A stretch of 64,000 nt of DNA, taken from positions 127,009-191,008 of the forward strand of contig CAVYHN010000027.1 in NCBI GenBank assembly GCA_963768295.1, written 5' to 3'. The notes below the pieces were generated by a model, which was given only the letters and a program-made list of their open reading frames with translations, had not been told where the DNA came from and made no database searches. A program made the translations under genes and the position numbers. This DNA comes from an uncultured Gammaproteobacteria bacterium. Its GTDB lineage: Bacteria; Pseudomonadota; Gammaproteobacteria; GCA-001735895. Shown here in pieces: positions 18,966-27,880 of the stretch (its first letter is position 1; each line of letters begins with the position of its first letter).

Positions 18966-19213
18966 CCCTTCATTCCCGGTACTTCACCTTCAAATCCCTC
19001 TGCGATTCTTTGGCGCGCACTTCCGAGCAAAGATTCGTACTCCTGATCGAAAAATGCAGGCGAAGTCCTATCGATCTGTCCAGCTATCTTCATCAGGGCG
19101 ATGTATTCAGCAGAATGGATGAATTCAAGTTTATCTGATTCGTCGAATCTGTGAAAAAAATCGAATAAGACCACTGCCTCATCTTCAGTGATGTTCAAAG
19201 TATAATCGTTCAT
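18956..19213 (-). CDS. Small hypothetical protein (85 aa)
   Basis: ORF bounded by repeats; no recognised domain. Confidence 0.4.
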   Translation of the reverse strand: MNDYTLNITEDEAVVLFDFFHRFDESDKLEFIHSAEYIALMKIAGQIDRTSPAFFDQEYESLLGSARQRIAEGFEGEVPGMKGGT

Positions 19214-19248
19214 AATTCTTCACCTGTGAAAACAACATTAACACTATA

Positions 19249-19370
19249 CGGTTTTTATCCTGATAACATATCGTCACGATATATGTGGGAGGCTGCTATT
19301 GGTCGATCTCAGAAGCTCAACTTTCGAGAATGAGCGCCTCCTGTGAGGAAACCGTGAGGAAACCGGGACA
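19249..19370 (+). repeat. Island repeat copy I4 (5' extension, M1-like, M2-like)
   Basis: ggtttttatcctgataacatat...gggaggctgctattggtcg...gagaatgagcgcctcctgtgaggaaacc. Confidence 0.5.
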
Positions 19371-19534
19371 GATTTAGTTGTTTTTGACTGAACCTACCTC
19401 GAGTAATATATTCACCTGGAGTTATATAAATCTGTCCCGGTATTTTCCGTTCCGGTATTTTCCGGTATTTTTATATTTTGTCTGTGTCGTGAAAGGTATA
19501 ATGACGCAATTTGCGCTGCATACCGGGCACTAGT

Positions 19535-20086
19535 ATGAACACTGAGATCAATTACAAGAGTAACCCTTTGAATGGAGTTGGTTTAAAAAACTTGTTGATC
19601 GAAATAGTGGATCACTATGGTTTTCAGATTCTCTTCGCCTATTTAAACATCAATTGTTTTAAGAATAATCCGAGCATTGAATCCAGTGTGAAGTTTCTTA
19701 AGAAAACAGATTGGGCGCGTGAAAAGGTCGAAGCTTTCTATTTGTACGAATTTAAAAGTTTACCTAAAGCATCGTCAGAACAGTTTACACTACCTCCCAG
19801 GGATCGAATTGTTCCAAATGATCAAACGCCAGGTACGCCTGCTGAACTGAGCCTTGAGGATGCTGAGCAATTGAGTGAGGAGCGTGCAGTAAAAGCTGCT
19901 GTATGGGATCTGGATGCAGGACGTCGCTCGGGCAAGAGCTTTAACACTCAACAAAACAAGCGTTCCAATGAACGAGACAGTATTCATAGTGAGAAGAATG
20001 ATCTTGAGTTGCCGGAATCAGCAAGTCGCTCTGATGAGGGAGACATCGATCCATGGGGGAATTGGAAAAATAAATCGGGACGCTAA
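19535..20086 (+). CDS. DUF2132 (VF530-like) domain protein with a C-terminal low-complexity extension
   Basis: [21 protein letters not shown]...[20 protein letters not shown] matches the DUF2132 core. Confidence 0.55.
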   Translation: MNTEINYKSNPLNGVGLKNLLIEIVDHYGFQILFAYLNINCFKNNPSIESSVKFLKKTDWAREKVEAFYLYEFKSLPKASSEQFTLPPRDRIVPNDQTPGTPAELSLEDAEQLSEERAVKAAVWDLDAGRRSGKSFNTQQNKRSNERDSIHSEKNDLELPESASRSDEGDIDPWGNWKNKSGR

Positions 20087-20143
20087 TTATGTATCTACTG
20101 AATCGGGGCAAGAGCAGTTAACGGCTGCTCTTCATAATTATCT

Positions 20144-20266
20144 GGGCGTCCGGTGTTGGCCGAAGATTGCCTCCTACCATGACTTGACGAGCGGCAGCTT
20201 ACGAGAAAGTTGCCACTGAAATCATATACACCAGCAGCCGATTTCGGTTATTCAATTTGTTAGGTG
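20144..20266 (+). repeat. Island repeat copy I5
   Basis: gggcgtccggtgttggccgaagattgcctcc...tgccactgaaatcat..cagcagccg...tttGTTAGGT. The TTA of the core is the stop of gene 20260-20499. Confidence 0.65.
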
Positions 20267-20499
20267 GACGATTGGTCATTTTTTCTCTGGTACTCTCGGA
20301 CGGCCAACACGAGGAAGAGAATCAAACACGCCCCGGAAATTACAATCCACGCAATCTTTCCGGCCTCGCTTTCTATTGGTTTTTGAGTCCAGAAAATCAC
20401 CTCAGCATTAGCATAATTTAGTAATGTCAGGGCTCCAATAACCACCGAGCAGAAGGCCAACATGGCGAGCCAGACCAGCATGAACAATTTATGCTTCAT
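20260..20499 (-). CDS. Small membrane protein (2 TM helices)
   Basis: 79 aa with two hydrophobic helices; the stop is embedded in the repeat core ACCTAAC. Confidence 0.45.
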   Translation of the reverse strand: MKHKLFMLVWLAMLAFCSVVIGALTLLNYANAEVIFWTQKPIESEAGKIAWIVISGACLILFLVLAVREYQRKNDQSST

Positions 20500-20524
20500 T
20501 CAGTTCATCGGCTCTTCTCACCTG

Positions 20525-20589
20525 GCGCCTCGCATCAGCGGCAAAATGCGCGCGTAGCGGGCACTTTGTCCGACAGCATGCGCTTGTTA
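20525..20589 (+). repeat. Island repeat copy I6 (3' attC-like unit only)
   Basis: catcagcggcaaaatgcgcgcg...ctttgtccgacagcatgcgcttGTTAGGGC. Confidence 0.6.
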
Positions 20590-20593
20590 GGGC

Positions 20594-20872
20594 TCATTGG
20601 AAAATATTCAAATTTTTTTTCCGTTCCTCGGTGAATTCCCACCATTTTTTTAAAGGGCCACCTTCCATATATCTCACCGCGGAAATGAACACATCAAGAA
20701 CGCATGGGTCGTGTCTCTTTTGTGTGATGCTGCAAAGGTCTCTATATAACTGATATGGATCTTTCCCTATCAGTTCGGTTGGCTTATCCAGGCCTAAAGC
20801 AAAGAAATCTTTCTCAATAGCTAAACCAACGTTTGGGATGTCACGAAATTGGTTTATGTCGCTCCGTTTCAT
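20594..20872 (-). CDS. Helix-hairpin-helix small protein (TfoX-C/Cdd1-like)
   Basis: DIPNVGLAIEKDFFALGL...DPCVLDVFISAVRYMEGG. GTTAGGT lies 14 nt upstream of the ATG and CCCTAAC lies at the stop. Confidence 0.5.
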   Translation of the reverse strand: MKRSDINQFRDIPNVGLAIEKDFFALGLDKPTELIGKDPYQLYRDLCSITQKRHDPCVLDVFISAVRYMEGGPLKKWWEFTEERKKNLNIFQ

Positions 20873-20887
20873 TTCTATTCTTTGATG

Positions 20888-21055
20888 ACCTAACAGTCTA
20901 ATTATAAGGTTTTTGACCTGATAACATATTACCGCTTCAATGATGGGAGGCTGCTCCTGGCCGAAATACGAAGCTCATCGTATGCGATCGAGCGTCTTCT
21001 TTGGGGAAAACAGATCCTCAAATTACATAAATCAGTGGCGATAAACGATCCTAGT
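20888..21055 (+). repeat. Island repeat copy I7 (CCTAAC core, then M1-like, M2 and M3)
   Basis: aCCTAACagt...gggaggctgctcctggccg...gagcgtcttctttggggaaaacaga...atcagtggcgataaacgatcc. Confidence 0.55.
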
Positions 21056-21127
21056 GTGGCTGACTTTTAAGCCACGAATTTTAGGGGAATGTATCTTTCA
21101 CCATTTGATTTTGGCCAATTTTTAAAT

Positions 21128-21988
21128 TCAGTTTCGCGACCAAACTCGCGGGTATAGATCTGTTCCCGGGCGATCACCCGGCTTGAGTCCATGTTCTGTC
21201 ATGACGGAGCTGTGATCTGGATCCATCCCGCAGTCCCTAAACTTGATGCGTACGTCATCGCCCAGCCACTTGGTAGTGAATACTCGCAAGTCGGTATCTT
21301 CATGTAGTTTGCCCGACCCGCCATGTATGATCCGGCTATTGAAAGCCACACAGTCGCCCGGTTGCATATCCCAGCTTACGACACCGAAACTTTCAGGGTC
21401 GGCATCAATGTCTGGGAGGGCAACTTCAGTGACGCCCGAGAAATCGACCTGGTCGACCGCTATTTTGCCATCCGGATTTAAAGCACCGAAGTTGTACTGG
21501 TAAAACACGGAGTCGAGTCGGTGAGAGCCGGGCACGAAAGCCAGAGCGTTTTCCCGTTTGACCGGAACCAGCGGCATCCAAAGAGTGCAAGTGTCATAGC
21601 CCTCCACAGACCAATAGGGCTCGTCCTGGTGCCAGGGCGTAGCAAACTGACTGCCCGGGGAGCGCACAAATACTGCATCGAAGTAGAAGTTGATATGTGC
21701 CGACTTCATCAACTGGCCGGCAATTTGGGCGGCGGGCGAATCAAAAATAAACTGTCGGTACTCGTTGATACCCTGCCATGCCTGGCTATCCCAAAACATG
21801 GTGCGTCCCTCGGCGTCCCGGTCCCACACGCGAGAGCGGTCTGTCGGATCTTCACAATTGGCGATCAGCCCCTTATCCAGCAGATCAATCCATTCCAGGT
21901 CAAACAAACCGCGAAGCAGGACAACTCCGTCACGTTGATAGGTTGTAATCTGCTCTGATGTAACTGGGCGAAGTAAATCACTATTCAT
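21128..21988 (-). CDS. Phytanoyl-CoA dioxygenase (PhyH) family Fe(II)/2-oxoglutarate oxygenase
   Basis: 286 aa; HQDEPYW (HxD) and a downstream H...R region typical of PhyH. Confidence 0.75.
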   Translation of the reverse strand: MNSDLLRPVTSEQITTYQRDGVVLLRGLFDLEWIDLLDKGLIANCEDPTDRSRVWDRDAEGRTMFWDSQAWQGINEYRQFIFDSPAAQIAGQLMKSAHINFYFDAVFVRSPGSQFATPWHQDEPYWSVEGYDTCTLWMPLVPVKRENALAFVPGSHRLDSVFYQYNFGALNPDGKIAVDQVDFSGVTEVALPDIDADPESFGVVSWDMQPGDCVAFNSRIIHGGSGKLHEDTDLRVFTTKWLGDDVRIKFRDCGMDPDHSSVMTEHGLKPGDRPGTDLYPRVWSRN

Positions 21989-22397
21989 AATTTTTATATT
22001 TTAAGTATGAAAGTTTTAAATACAAGAAGTAGGTCTTGTTTAGCCATAGGCGTAAATAGGAAAATTCAGTGAGTAATTACATTGGCGTGAAAACAATTGT
22101 CTATGGAAATAAGATGGTTGCTTAGTTACCACTGTTTTAAACCGGAATCAGTCTATTCAGCAGAATCGGAGACGGATATGAACACCTCTATCTAAGCTCG
22201 TCCCAAAGCCAATGGCTGCTTGTGGCGAAGATCGCCACCCAGTTCTTGTATTTAAGTGTCTGCTTGTGAAACGCATCGCAAAAAAATCCTTAACGGATCG
22301 AAATTGCGGATTCATTTATACGAAGTGTGTGATGGTAGACATATATTTCCCATGACGCGTCTTATTCTTTAGGTATTATGCGTCACGAAAAATCATT

Positions 22398-22700
22398 ATG
22401 AACGGCAGCGCAAACAGCGTATTTGATACCCTGGAAGGCCGAACATTTATAATCGGCAGAGAAGGGCATATATACGTCAGTGACCCCTCTGCGAGCAAAG
22501 AGCATGCCGAGATGAAAATTGCTGACGGGAGAATCCGTATTCGAGACCTGGGTTCAACCAATGGGATCTACGTCGTGAAAGATAATAAACCAGTGCGCCT
22601 CAAGGAAGATTATGTGGAACCACATCAAACTATTGCGATAGGTGAGCAGAAGTTCACAATTCAAAGCTTGCTGACGATTGTTGGTGCCTTTGCTAGTTAA
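22398..22700 (+). CDS. FHA-domain protein (stand-alone, 100 aa)
   Basis: GREGHIYVSD...SKEHAEMKI..GRIRIRDLGSTNGIYV matches the FHA signature. Confidence 0.7.
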   Translation: MNGSANSVFDTLEGRTFIIGREGHIYVSDPSASKEHAEMKIADGRIRIRDLGSTNGIYVVKDNKPVRLKEDYVEPHQTIAIGEQKFTIQSLLTIVGAFAS

Positions 22701-22750
22701 TCCCATTCTTTTTGGCGTGCAACCTGGTCAGACAGAGTTAAAGTAAAGCT

Positions 22751-22927
22751 CAGTGGCAGCTGTTGGCCGAGGGTCGCCTCTGAACTCTAAGTTTTGAGTG
22801 TCAGCTAACGGGAAAGCAGGCGCTTAAAACTCAAAGATCAACTTCCCGCTAACTACTCAAAGCTGATATTCAGCACCAGGCAAACTGAAGCCGTATTGTT
22901 CTATCCGACTGCATGTGCTTGTTATGG
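22751..22927 (+). repeat. Island repeat copy I8, complete (M1-M2 plus the 3' unit 22847-22927)
   Basis: cagtggcagctgttggccgag...gagtgtcagctaacgggaaagc...CGCTAACtactcaaagctg...atccgactgcatgtgcttGTTATGG. The TTA is the stop of gene 22922-23164. Confidence 0.7.
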
Positions 22928-23164
22928 TTTTTTCTTTTGATCGCCCCCTTTGCTGCCGTTACTATCGCCGATACCATAACCAGAAGGGAAAGATATCCAT
23001 TTCCCATGATCTGCACCATGAGAAATTCCTACTCCCAATATGACCGGCAAAATACCCCACAGACTATCATCATGCAGGATCACGTAAAACCCATATCCGA
23101 GAATGCAAAGCCCTATAATTCTTTGAATATATATTCGTCTAATTGAGTAGTATTGAGTAACCAT
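22922..23164 (-). CDS. Small membrane protein
   Basis: ORF 22922-23173. The ATG at 23164 lies inside the GTTATGG core of repeat I9. Hydrophobic 80-aa product. Confidence 0.4.
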   Translation of the reverse strand: MVTQYYSIRRIYIQRIIGLCILGYGFYVILHDDSLWGILPVILGVGISHGADHGKWISFPSGYGIGDSNGSKGGDQKKKP

Positions 23165-23219
23165 AACGCTCAAATCAGCGGCACAGCTTTGCTAGGTCCG
23201 ACTGCATGCGCCTGTATGG
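23161..23219 (+). repeat. Island repeat copy I9: minimal 59-bp attC-like unit with inverted 7-bp termini
   Basis: CCATAAC-gctcaaatcagcggcacagctttgctaggtccgactgcatgcgcc-TGTATGG. It fills the whole spacer between two minus-strand genes. Confidence 0.65.
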
Positions 23220-23239
23220 TTCTGTGTGCAATATTGGAA

Positions 23240-23584
23240 TTACCCAGCTCTACTACCGTTTGGCATGTGCAGTTCTGGCATAGCCAAACAAGGTGTGAGC
23301 TTGTCGGCATAACCAATATCGAAAAGCATCCCTTGAGATACTTCACCAGCCATTTTTCGGTCTGGTAAATTAACGACGAACAAGGCTTGCATGCCTTCAA
23401 TCTCATACGGGTTTTCACGCTTTTGCTTTATACCAGCGAGAATTGAGCGAATATGATTCCCAGGGTCTACGGCCAACTTGTCAGAATCCTTTACTTCTGA
23501 CACTGTTGTAATCGTGCCGACTCGAATGTCTAGCTTTTCAAAATCCTCGAATGCGATTAATTCTTTAATAGGTGCTTGATTCAT
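23240..23584 (-). CDS. tRNA-binding (EMAP/CsaA/YgjH-like) domain protein
   Basis: IAFEDFEKLDIRVGTITTVSEVKDSDKL...VVNLPDRKMAGEVSQGMLF; canonical GTTAGGC sits 47 nt upstream of the ATG. Confidence 0.65.
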   Translation of the reverse strand: MNQAPIKELIAFEDFEKLDIRVGTITTVSEVKDSDKLAVDPGNHIRSILAGIKQKRENPYEIEGMQALFVVNLPDRKMAGEVSQGMLFDIGYADKLTPCLAMPELHMPNGSRAG

Positions 23585-23625
23585 CTTAATGTCTTTTAGT
23601 TAAATTTGTTGCAATAGCCTAACAG

Positions 23626-23790
23626 TAGCGTTAAAAAATAATTGACCGTACGACATATTATCACTTTATTATTGGGGGGTCGCTATTGGCCGAAGATTGC
23701 CTCCTGGCCCAGCCAATTGAGCGTCTCCTTGCGAGAAAACTGCCACTGAAATCATTAGAATCAGCAGCCGCGTCCGATCCTAAGCCGACA
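23626..23790 (+). repeat. Island repeat copy I10 (GCCTAAC core, M1, M2, M3)
   Basis: GCCTAACagtagcg...gctattggccgaagattgcctcc...gagcgtctccttgcgagaaaactgccactgaaatcat...cagcagccg. Confidence 0.65.
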
Positions 23791-23934
23791 CTGGGAAACG
23801 AAATTTCAAGAGCTGCTATGTGCCCGAAGCTGCCATTGATACCGACATGACCTGCGTTTTTAGTGACGTAAAGTGGTGCGAAATATGCTCGTGTCTATGT
23901 GAATGTTAGCTTGCTTAGATAACTAACATGCTTA

Positions 23935-25371
23935 TCATTGAAACGCAGGAATAATATATTTCTTCATAATATTATCAGCGGATGAAGTACCATCGAAATC
24001 GTATGCAGTAGTAACAACAACCAGGTTTAATTTTTTTATAATAATTATTCGTTGACCTCCAAAACCAAAAGCGGCTATTGCCCTATATTTCTTGCCGTTA
24101 ACGTAATAAATTCTGCTCCACCAATAATATCCATATCCGCTCCATTTGTTATCATTGGTTGTAATATGTTTTGTTGTGGATTCTTCTATCCACTCTTCAT
24201 CTATGATTTGCTGATCGTTCCAAGTTCCCTTCTCCAACATAATTTGACCAATTTTTGCCATATCACGGGGGCGTAATCTAAGTCCTCCTGCTGAATTCTG
24301 CCGACCGTCCGTTTGTTTTTCCCAATACGCATTTTCTATACATAAATTTGATAACGAGCTTTTTCCGACAAAATCCGCGAGGGATGCTGCACCTGTTGCA
24401 TTCTTTATTATTTCGCCTATTACGGTGACATATCCACCACTGTAGGTAAAAACCTCTCCCGGAACATATACCGAAGGAACCGAAAGAGTAAACTCAATGG
24501 AATCAGTACTATTCATCTCTCGCCTTCGAATGTTATTTGGATGTTTATATGATGGGTTATGCTCATCCCAGTCTAATCCGGCGGACATGGTCAATAAGTC
24601 TTTAATTGTGATTTTCTCCTTTTTACCAATAAGGATAGATTTGTACTTTGGTAAGTATTTAAGGATAGGGTCATCGACACTTTCAATAAAACCTCTATTT
24701 ATTGCATCTCCTAAAAGTAAGGAGGTAAAGCTTTTGCTGATCGACTGCATCTGATGGTTTTCTTCCTGGCTCCATCCCCGAAAATACTGCTCTACAACAA
24801 GCTTTCCATCTTTCAAAATCAACAAACCGTTTTGTTTCCCGAATGAACCGTTTTTCAGTTTTTCAATGAATTCGTTTGTTATTTTATCGTCGCCACTAAC
24901 TTCGATAACGGAACCCGTTTTGATACCTTGTTGGCATTCTGCTTGTGTTTGGTTTTCGCCTATCTTGTCCAAACCATCTAACGAATCGTAAATACCTTCC
25001 TCATATCTTGTTTGAGGTATATGCAATCTTGTAAGGCTTTTTTCCAATTGACCTTTTTCTTTGATTGTCAAATGCTGATATTTTCCATTTTCCAATTTAT
25101 TAAATCGACCACGAATATTGAAGCTTTTCAGACGAAGGTCCGTATCCGTTTCCAGGATTATTTCATCTTTTCCTCTCCAATCTTTTCCAAACAGTTTCCC
25201 ATTTTGTTCATTAATGATTACTTTATAGTCTCCAAGGATTACATTATAAGCTCCACTTGCACGATCAGAATAGAAGCCAACATACTTGTCACTTTCAAAA
25301 TTGGTAATTCCAGAGCTACCCGCACATGCAGATAGAAATAAAACAGATGTGATCACTAGATAATATTTCAT
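23935..25371 (-). CDS. Serine hydrolase of the beta-lactamase/PBP family with an N-terminal lipoprotein extension
   Basis: Lipobox LSAC; SISKSF (SxxK) active-site motif; 478 aa; very AT-rich. Confidence 0.6.
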   Translation of the reverse strand: MKYYLVITSVLFLSACAGSSGITNFESDKYVGFYSDRASGAYNVILGDYKVIINEQNGKLFGKDWRGKDEIILETDTDLRLKSFNIRGRFNKLENGKYQHLTIKEKGQLEKSLTRLHIPQTRYEEGIYDSLDGLDKIGENQTQAECQQGIKTGSVIEVSGDDKITNEFIEKLKNGSFGKQNGLLILKDGKLVVEQYFRGWSQEENHQMQSISKSFTSLLLGDAINRGFIESVDDPILKYLPKYKSILIGKKEKITIKDLLTMSAGLDWDEHNPSYKHPNNIRRREMNSTDSIEFTLSVPSVYVPGEVFTYSGGYVTVIGEIIKNATGAASLADFVGKSSLSNLCIENAYWEKQTDGRQNSAGGLRLRPRDMAKIGQIMLEKGTWNDQQIIDEEWIEESTTKHITTNDNKWSGYGYYWWSRIYYVNGKKYRAIAAFGFGGQRIIIIKKLNLVVVTTAYDFDGTSSADNIMKKYIIPAFQ

Positions 25372-25488
25372 GAACTCTTTATTCTCCTTAAGAGCTAACA
25401 GAGAATTCTACAGACTCCCTGTTTACTGAGTTTTAGGGAGTCTGTAAAACCCAGTATACGTGAATGGGCAAAGGTCTCCTAAGTGCCG

Positions 25489-25600
25489 GAAGCAGTAGTT
25501 ATATTACAAATCCTGAATGTCGGCTGTTGGCCGTACCAGGAAGCTCGAAACCCGCGTTTAAGTGTCTGTTTACGAGATAAAATCACGCAAGACAAAATAC
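25489..25600 (+). repeat. Island repeat copy I11
   Basis: Shares the 48-bp 5' extension with I3, then ttggccgtaccaggaagctcg...gtttaagtgtctgtttacgagataaaatcacgc. Confidence 0.6.
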
Positions 25601-25602
25601 AG

Positions 25603-25624
25603 CAAACTGATCGATTTAACTCAT
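25603..25624 (+). promoter_or_regulatory. Conserved motif ATTTAACyCATTTGGGTGAwG upstream of plus-strand cassette genes; candidate promoter or operator
   Basis: A near-identical 21-mer occurs at 13461-13481, upstream of gene 13528. This copy is about 70 nt upstream of gene 25693. Confidence 0.3.
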
Positions 25625-25692
25625 TTGGGTGATGTGGATGAGTCAATCGCTTGTGTAGTATCGGTTTAACTAAGTATGACTGATGAGGAAAT

Positions 25693-25953
25693 ATGGATAC
25701 TCAGCCTCAAATTGAACCAACATCAACGGCTCGTCTTTTAATTTGCCTGAGTCTTGCAATCGATGAGACCAAGCTAATCAAATCTATCAAAAATTCAACG
25801 GCATTGATTAAGCAATTAGAAGCAGAGAATCCTTCCTCGCACAGATTGCTTTTCTTAAAGAGAGAAATATCGAATTTTGAAGCTAGACTGGCGAAAACTC
25901 GCGGTAAAGCCAGCAGAATAAAAACCGTTACCAAGCTACCAAAATTCAAATAG
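25693..25953 (+). CDS. Small hypothetical protein (86 aa)
   Basis: ORF bounded by repeats, with the conserved upstream motif. Confidence 0.4.
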   Translation: MDTQPQIEPTSTARLLICLSLAIDETKLIKSIKNSTALIKQLEAENPSSHRLLFLKREISNFEARLAKTRGKASRIKTVTKLPKFK

Positions 25954-25973
25954 CTCAGGCCTTTTATTTATGC

Positions 25974-26040
25974 GGCCGTTCCTGGCCGAAGATTGCCTCC
26001 GAACTTTTTTTTGAGTGTCGGCCTAGGGAAAGCTGATCCT
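25974..26040 (+). repeat. Island repeat copy I12 (M1-M2)
   Basis: gccgttcctggccgaagattgcctccgaactttttttgagtgtcggcctagggaaagc. Confidence 0.6.
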
Positions 26041-26121
26041 TTCCTATTTTGCCTTTGCAGTTAAGTCGGATACCCGTAGCCTCGAGTGGAACAAGTAAAC
26101 TGTCAGCACAAATTACAATAT

Positions 26122-26565
26122 TTAATGCTCTGCAAATACCTCCATATTTCCCTGTTCATCGAAGCTTATGACGTTATGGGATTGGACCGTACCCCCACTT
26201 TCCATACCCGGCGTGCCAACAGGCATGCCCGGGACCGCAATCCCCTTGATGTCTGGCCGGAAAAGTAACAGCCGCTTGATATCCCGGTGGGTAATATGGC
26301 CCTCGACTATATATCCATCGATGACCGCGGTATGACAGGCCGCCAGTCTTTCCGGTACCCCGAGGCGCTTTTTCACCGCTAGAACGTCGCGAGTACTCTC
26401 AATTGTGACGTTGTAGTTTCTATCCTGTAAATACTTTACCCACTTGGTACAACAGCCACACTCGGGATTTTTGTAGACCACTATATCCTTTACTGGAGCG
26501 TCGCTGGCGAAAGCCATTGTTACGGTCAGGATATTTAATATTCCTAACATTAAAATCGATTTCAT
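26122..26565 (-). CDS. DUF411 metal-binding protein (copper/silver-resistance-associated family)
   Basis: Signal peptide; CGCC...MPVGTPGMESGG are conserved DUF411 motifs. Confidence 0.65.
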   Translation of the reverse strand: MKSILMLGILNILTVTMAFASDAPVKDIVVYKNPECGCCTKWVKYLQDRNYNVTIESTRDVLAVKKRLGVPERLAACHTAVIDGYIVEGHITHRDIKRLLLFRPDIKGIAVPGMPVGTPGMESGGTVQSHNVISFDEQGNMEVFAEH

Positions 26566-26657
26566 CTTGATGCCCCTGTCGATAAAGAACGCTATAGGTA
26601 AATATAGGATGTACCCGATATTAATCCAATCCCTGATTCCAGCTGCCCCTCAATATC

Positions 26658-26757
26658 ACGAACTCAGCGGCGAAAGGCGACCCAATGCCGACCCCCGCAA
26701 ATGTTTCGAATTGCCAGTGTAACGGGTACTTTGCTCGACTACATGCACTTTTAATTA
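26658..26757 (+). repeat. Island repeat copy I13 (M3 plus a degenerate 3' unit)
   Basis: CACGAACtcagcggcgaaaggcgaccc...ctttgctcgactacatgcacttttaattaagg. Confidence 0.5.
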
Positions 26758-26795
26758 AGGAAAACTGCTGTTTGATCCTTTACTCTGTTGGTTCT

Positions 26796-27632
26796 TTATT
26801 TCACTTGTGACCAGCCATGTTCAGGTCGATATTCAACTTTATAAATTTCGCTATTTAGAAACCAAGCGACAATAGCATTACCCTCGTTATCGATATTGAT
26901 TTTTGGATAGGTGTATACCCTAGTGCCGATATCGCTGATCAACACAGGCCCTGACCAGCCCGTGTGCTCACTGTAAACAGCCGCATAGATAAACTGCAAA
27001 TCCTGATTCCAGGTAATCGCGGACTGGCCATGATTGTTAATCGTTTCATCGACTCTTCCCAAATTAATCCCCGGCATCGCCAAGTCCAGGTCAGCCAGCT
27101 CAAAATCCTGAGGCAGGGTGTCGTCGTTAACCATGACGGAGAATATTGATTCCCGGGAGGAGTGTTGAAACAGTGGATTAGGTCGAAGGGAAGGCAAAGT
27201 GACATACAAATTGTCCCGGGCAGCGTTATCGCCATTCGCATCGTGCGCGTGAACTTCGATGTTATTTTCTCCAGACGACAAGTTGATTGTGAATTCCCAT
27301 TCTCCGGTACTACTGGTGAAACTGGTACAGCTATCAATCGATGGAAAATTGAAAACACAGATGAAAATATCAGAGCTGGGATTACACTCAACAACCGGAA
27401 TGAAAAAAGGCCATGGAAAACTTGTTTCGCAAACATTAACCGTTTTCTGAAACACCGTGCCGCTTACCGTAATTTGCGATTGGCTAGGCATAGCCTGGTA
27501 GGCACTGGAACTGGTAGGTGTCTCTATTTTAATCCAGCCGTCACTTTCCTCGTCATCACTATCACTACTCCCGCAACCACTTAGAATTAGCAATGCGGCA
27601 AACAGGATAGGAAAGAAATTATGAGTTTTCAT
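26796..27632 (-). CDS. Hypothetical lipoprotein (278 aa)
   Basis: Lipobox ILSGCGSS followed by a D/E/S-rich linker. Confidence 0.5.
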   Translation of the reverse strand: MKTHNFFPILFAALLILSGCGSSDSDDEESDGWIKIETPTSSSAYQAMPSQSQITVSGTVFQKTVNVCETSFPWPFFIPVVECNPSSDIFICVFNFPSIDSCTSFTSSTGEWEFTINLSSGENNIEVHAHDANGDNAARDNLYVTLPSLRPNPLFQHSSRESIFSVMVNDDTLPQDFELADLDLAMPGINLGRVDETINNHGQSAITWNQDLQFIYAAVYSEHTGWSGPVLISDIGTRVYTYPKINIDNEGNAIVAWFLNSEIYKVEYRPEHGWSQVK

Positions 27633-27802
27633 TTTCTCACCATGATCGGTTAGTAGAACTTCGATTGAGGTGAGTATAAATCCCCAAATTTCTGGCTACG
27701 ACCCGTCGAGGAATAGTAGCGGAATATGCAACTAAAGGGATTGCTGCCTACTACATCTTCGGAGAAATCCATGACTTGATTACACATAATCAAGCATTTG
27801 GC

Positions 27803-27880
27803 GAGTGTCAGCTCCTGGCCGTACCAAGAAGCTCGCAACTCTTTAATGAGCGTCTCCTTTGGAGAATGAGCAGGACTGGC
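27803..27880 (+). repeat. Island repeat copy I14 (M1-M2)
   Basis: gagtgtcagctcctggccgtaccaagaagctcg...gagcgtctcctttggagaatgagc. Confidence 0.55.
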
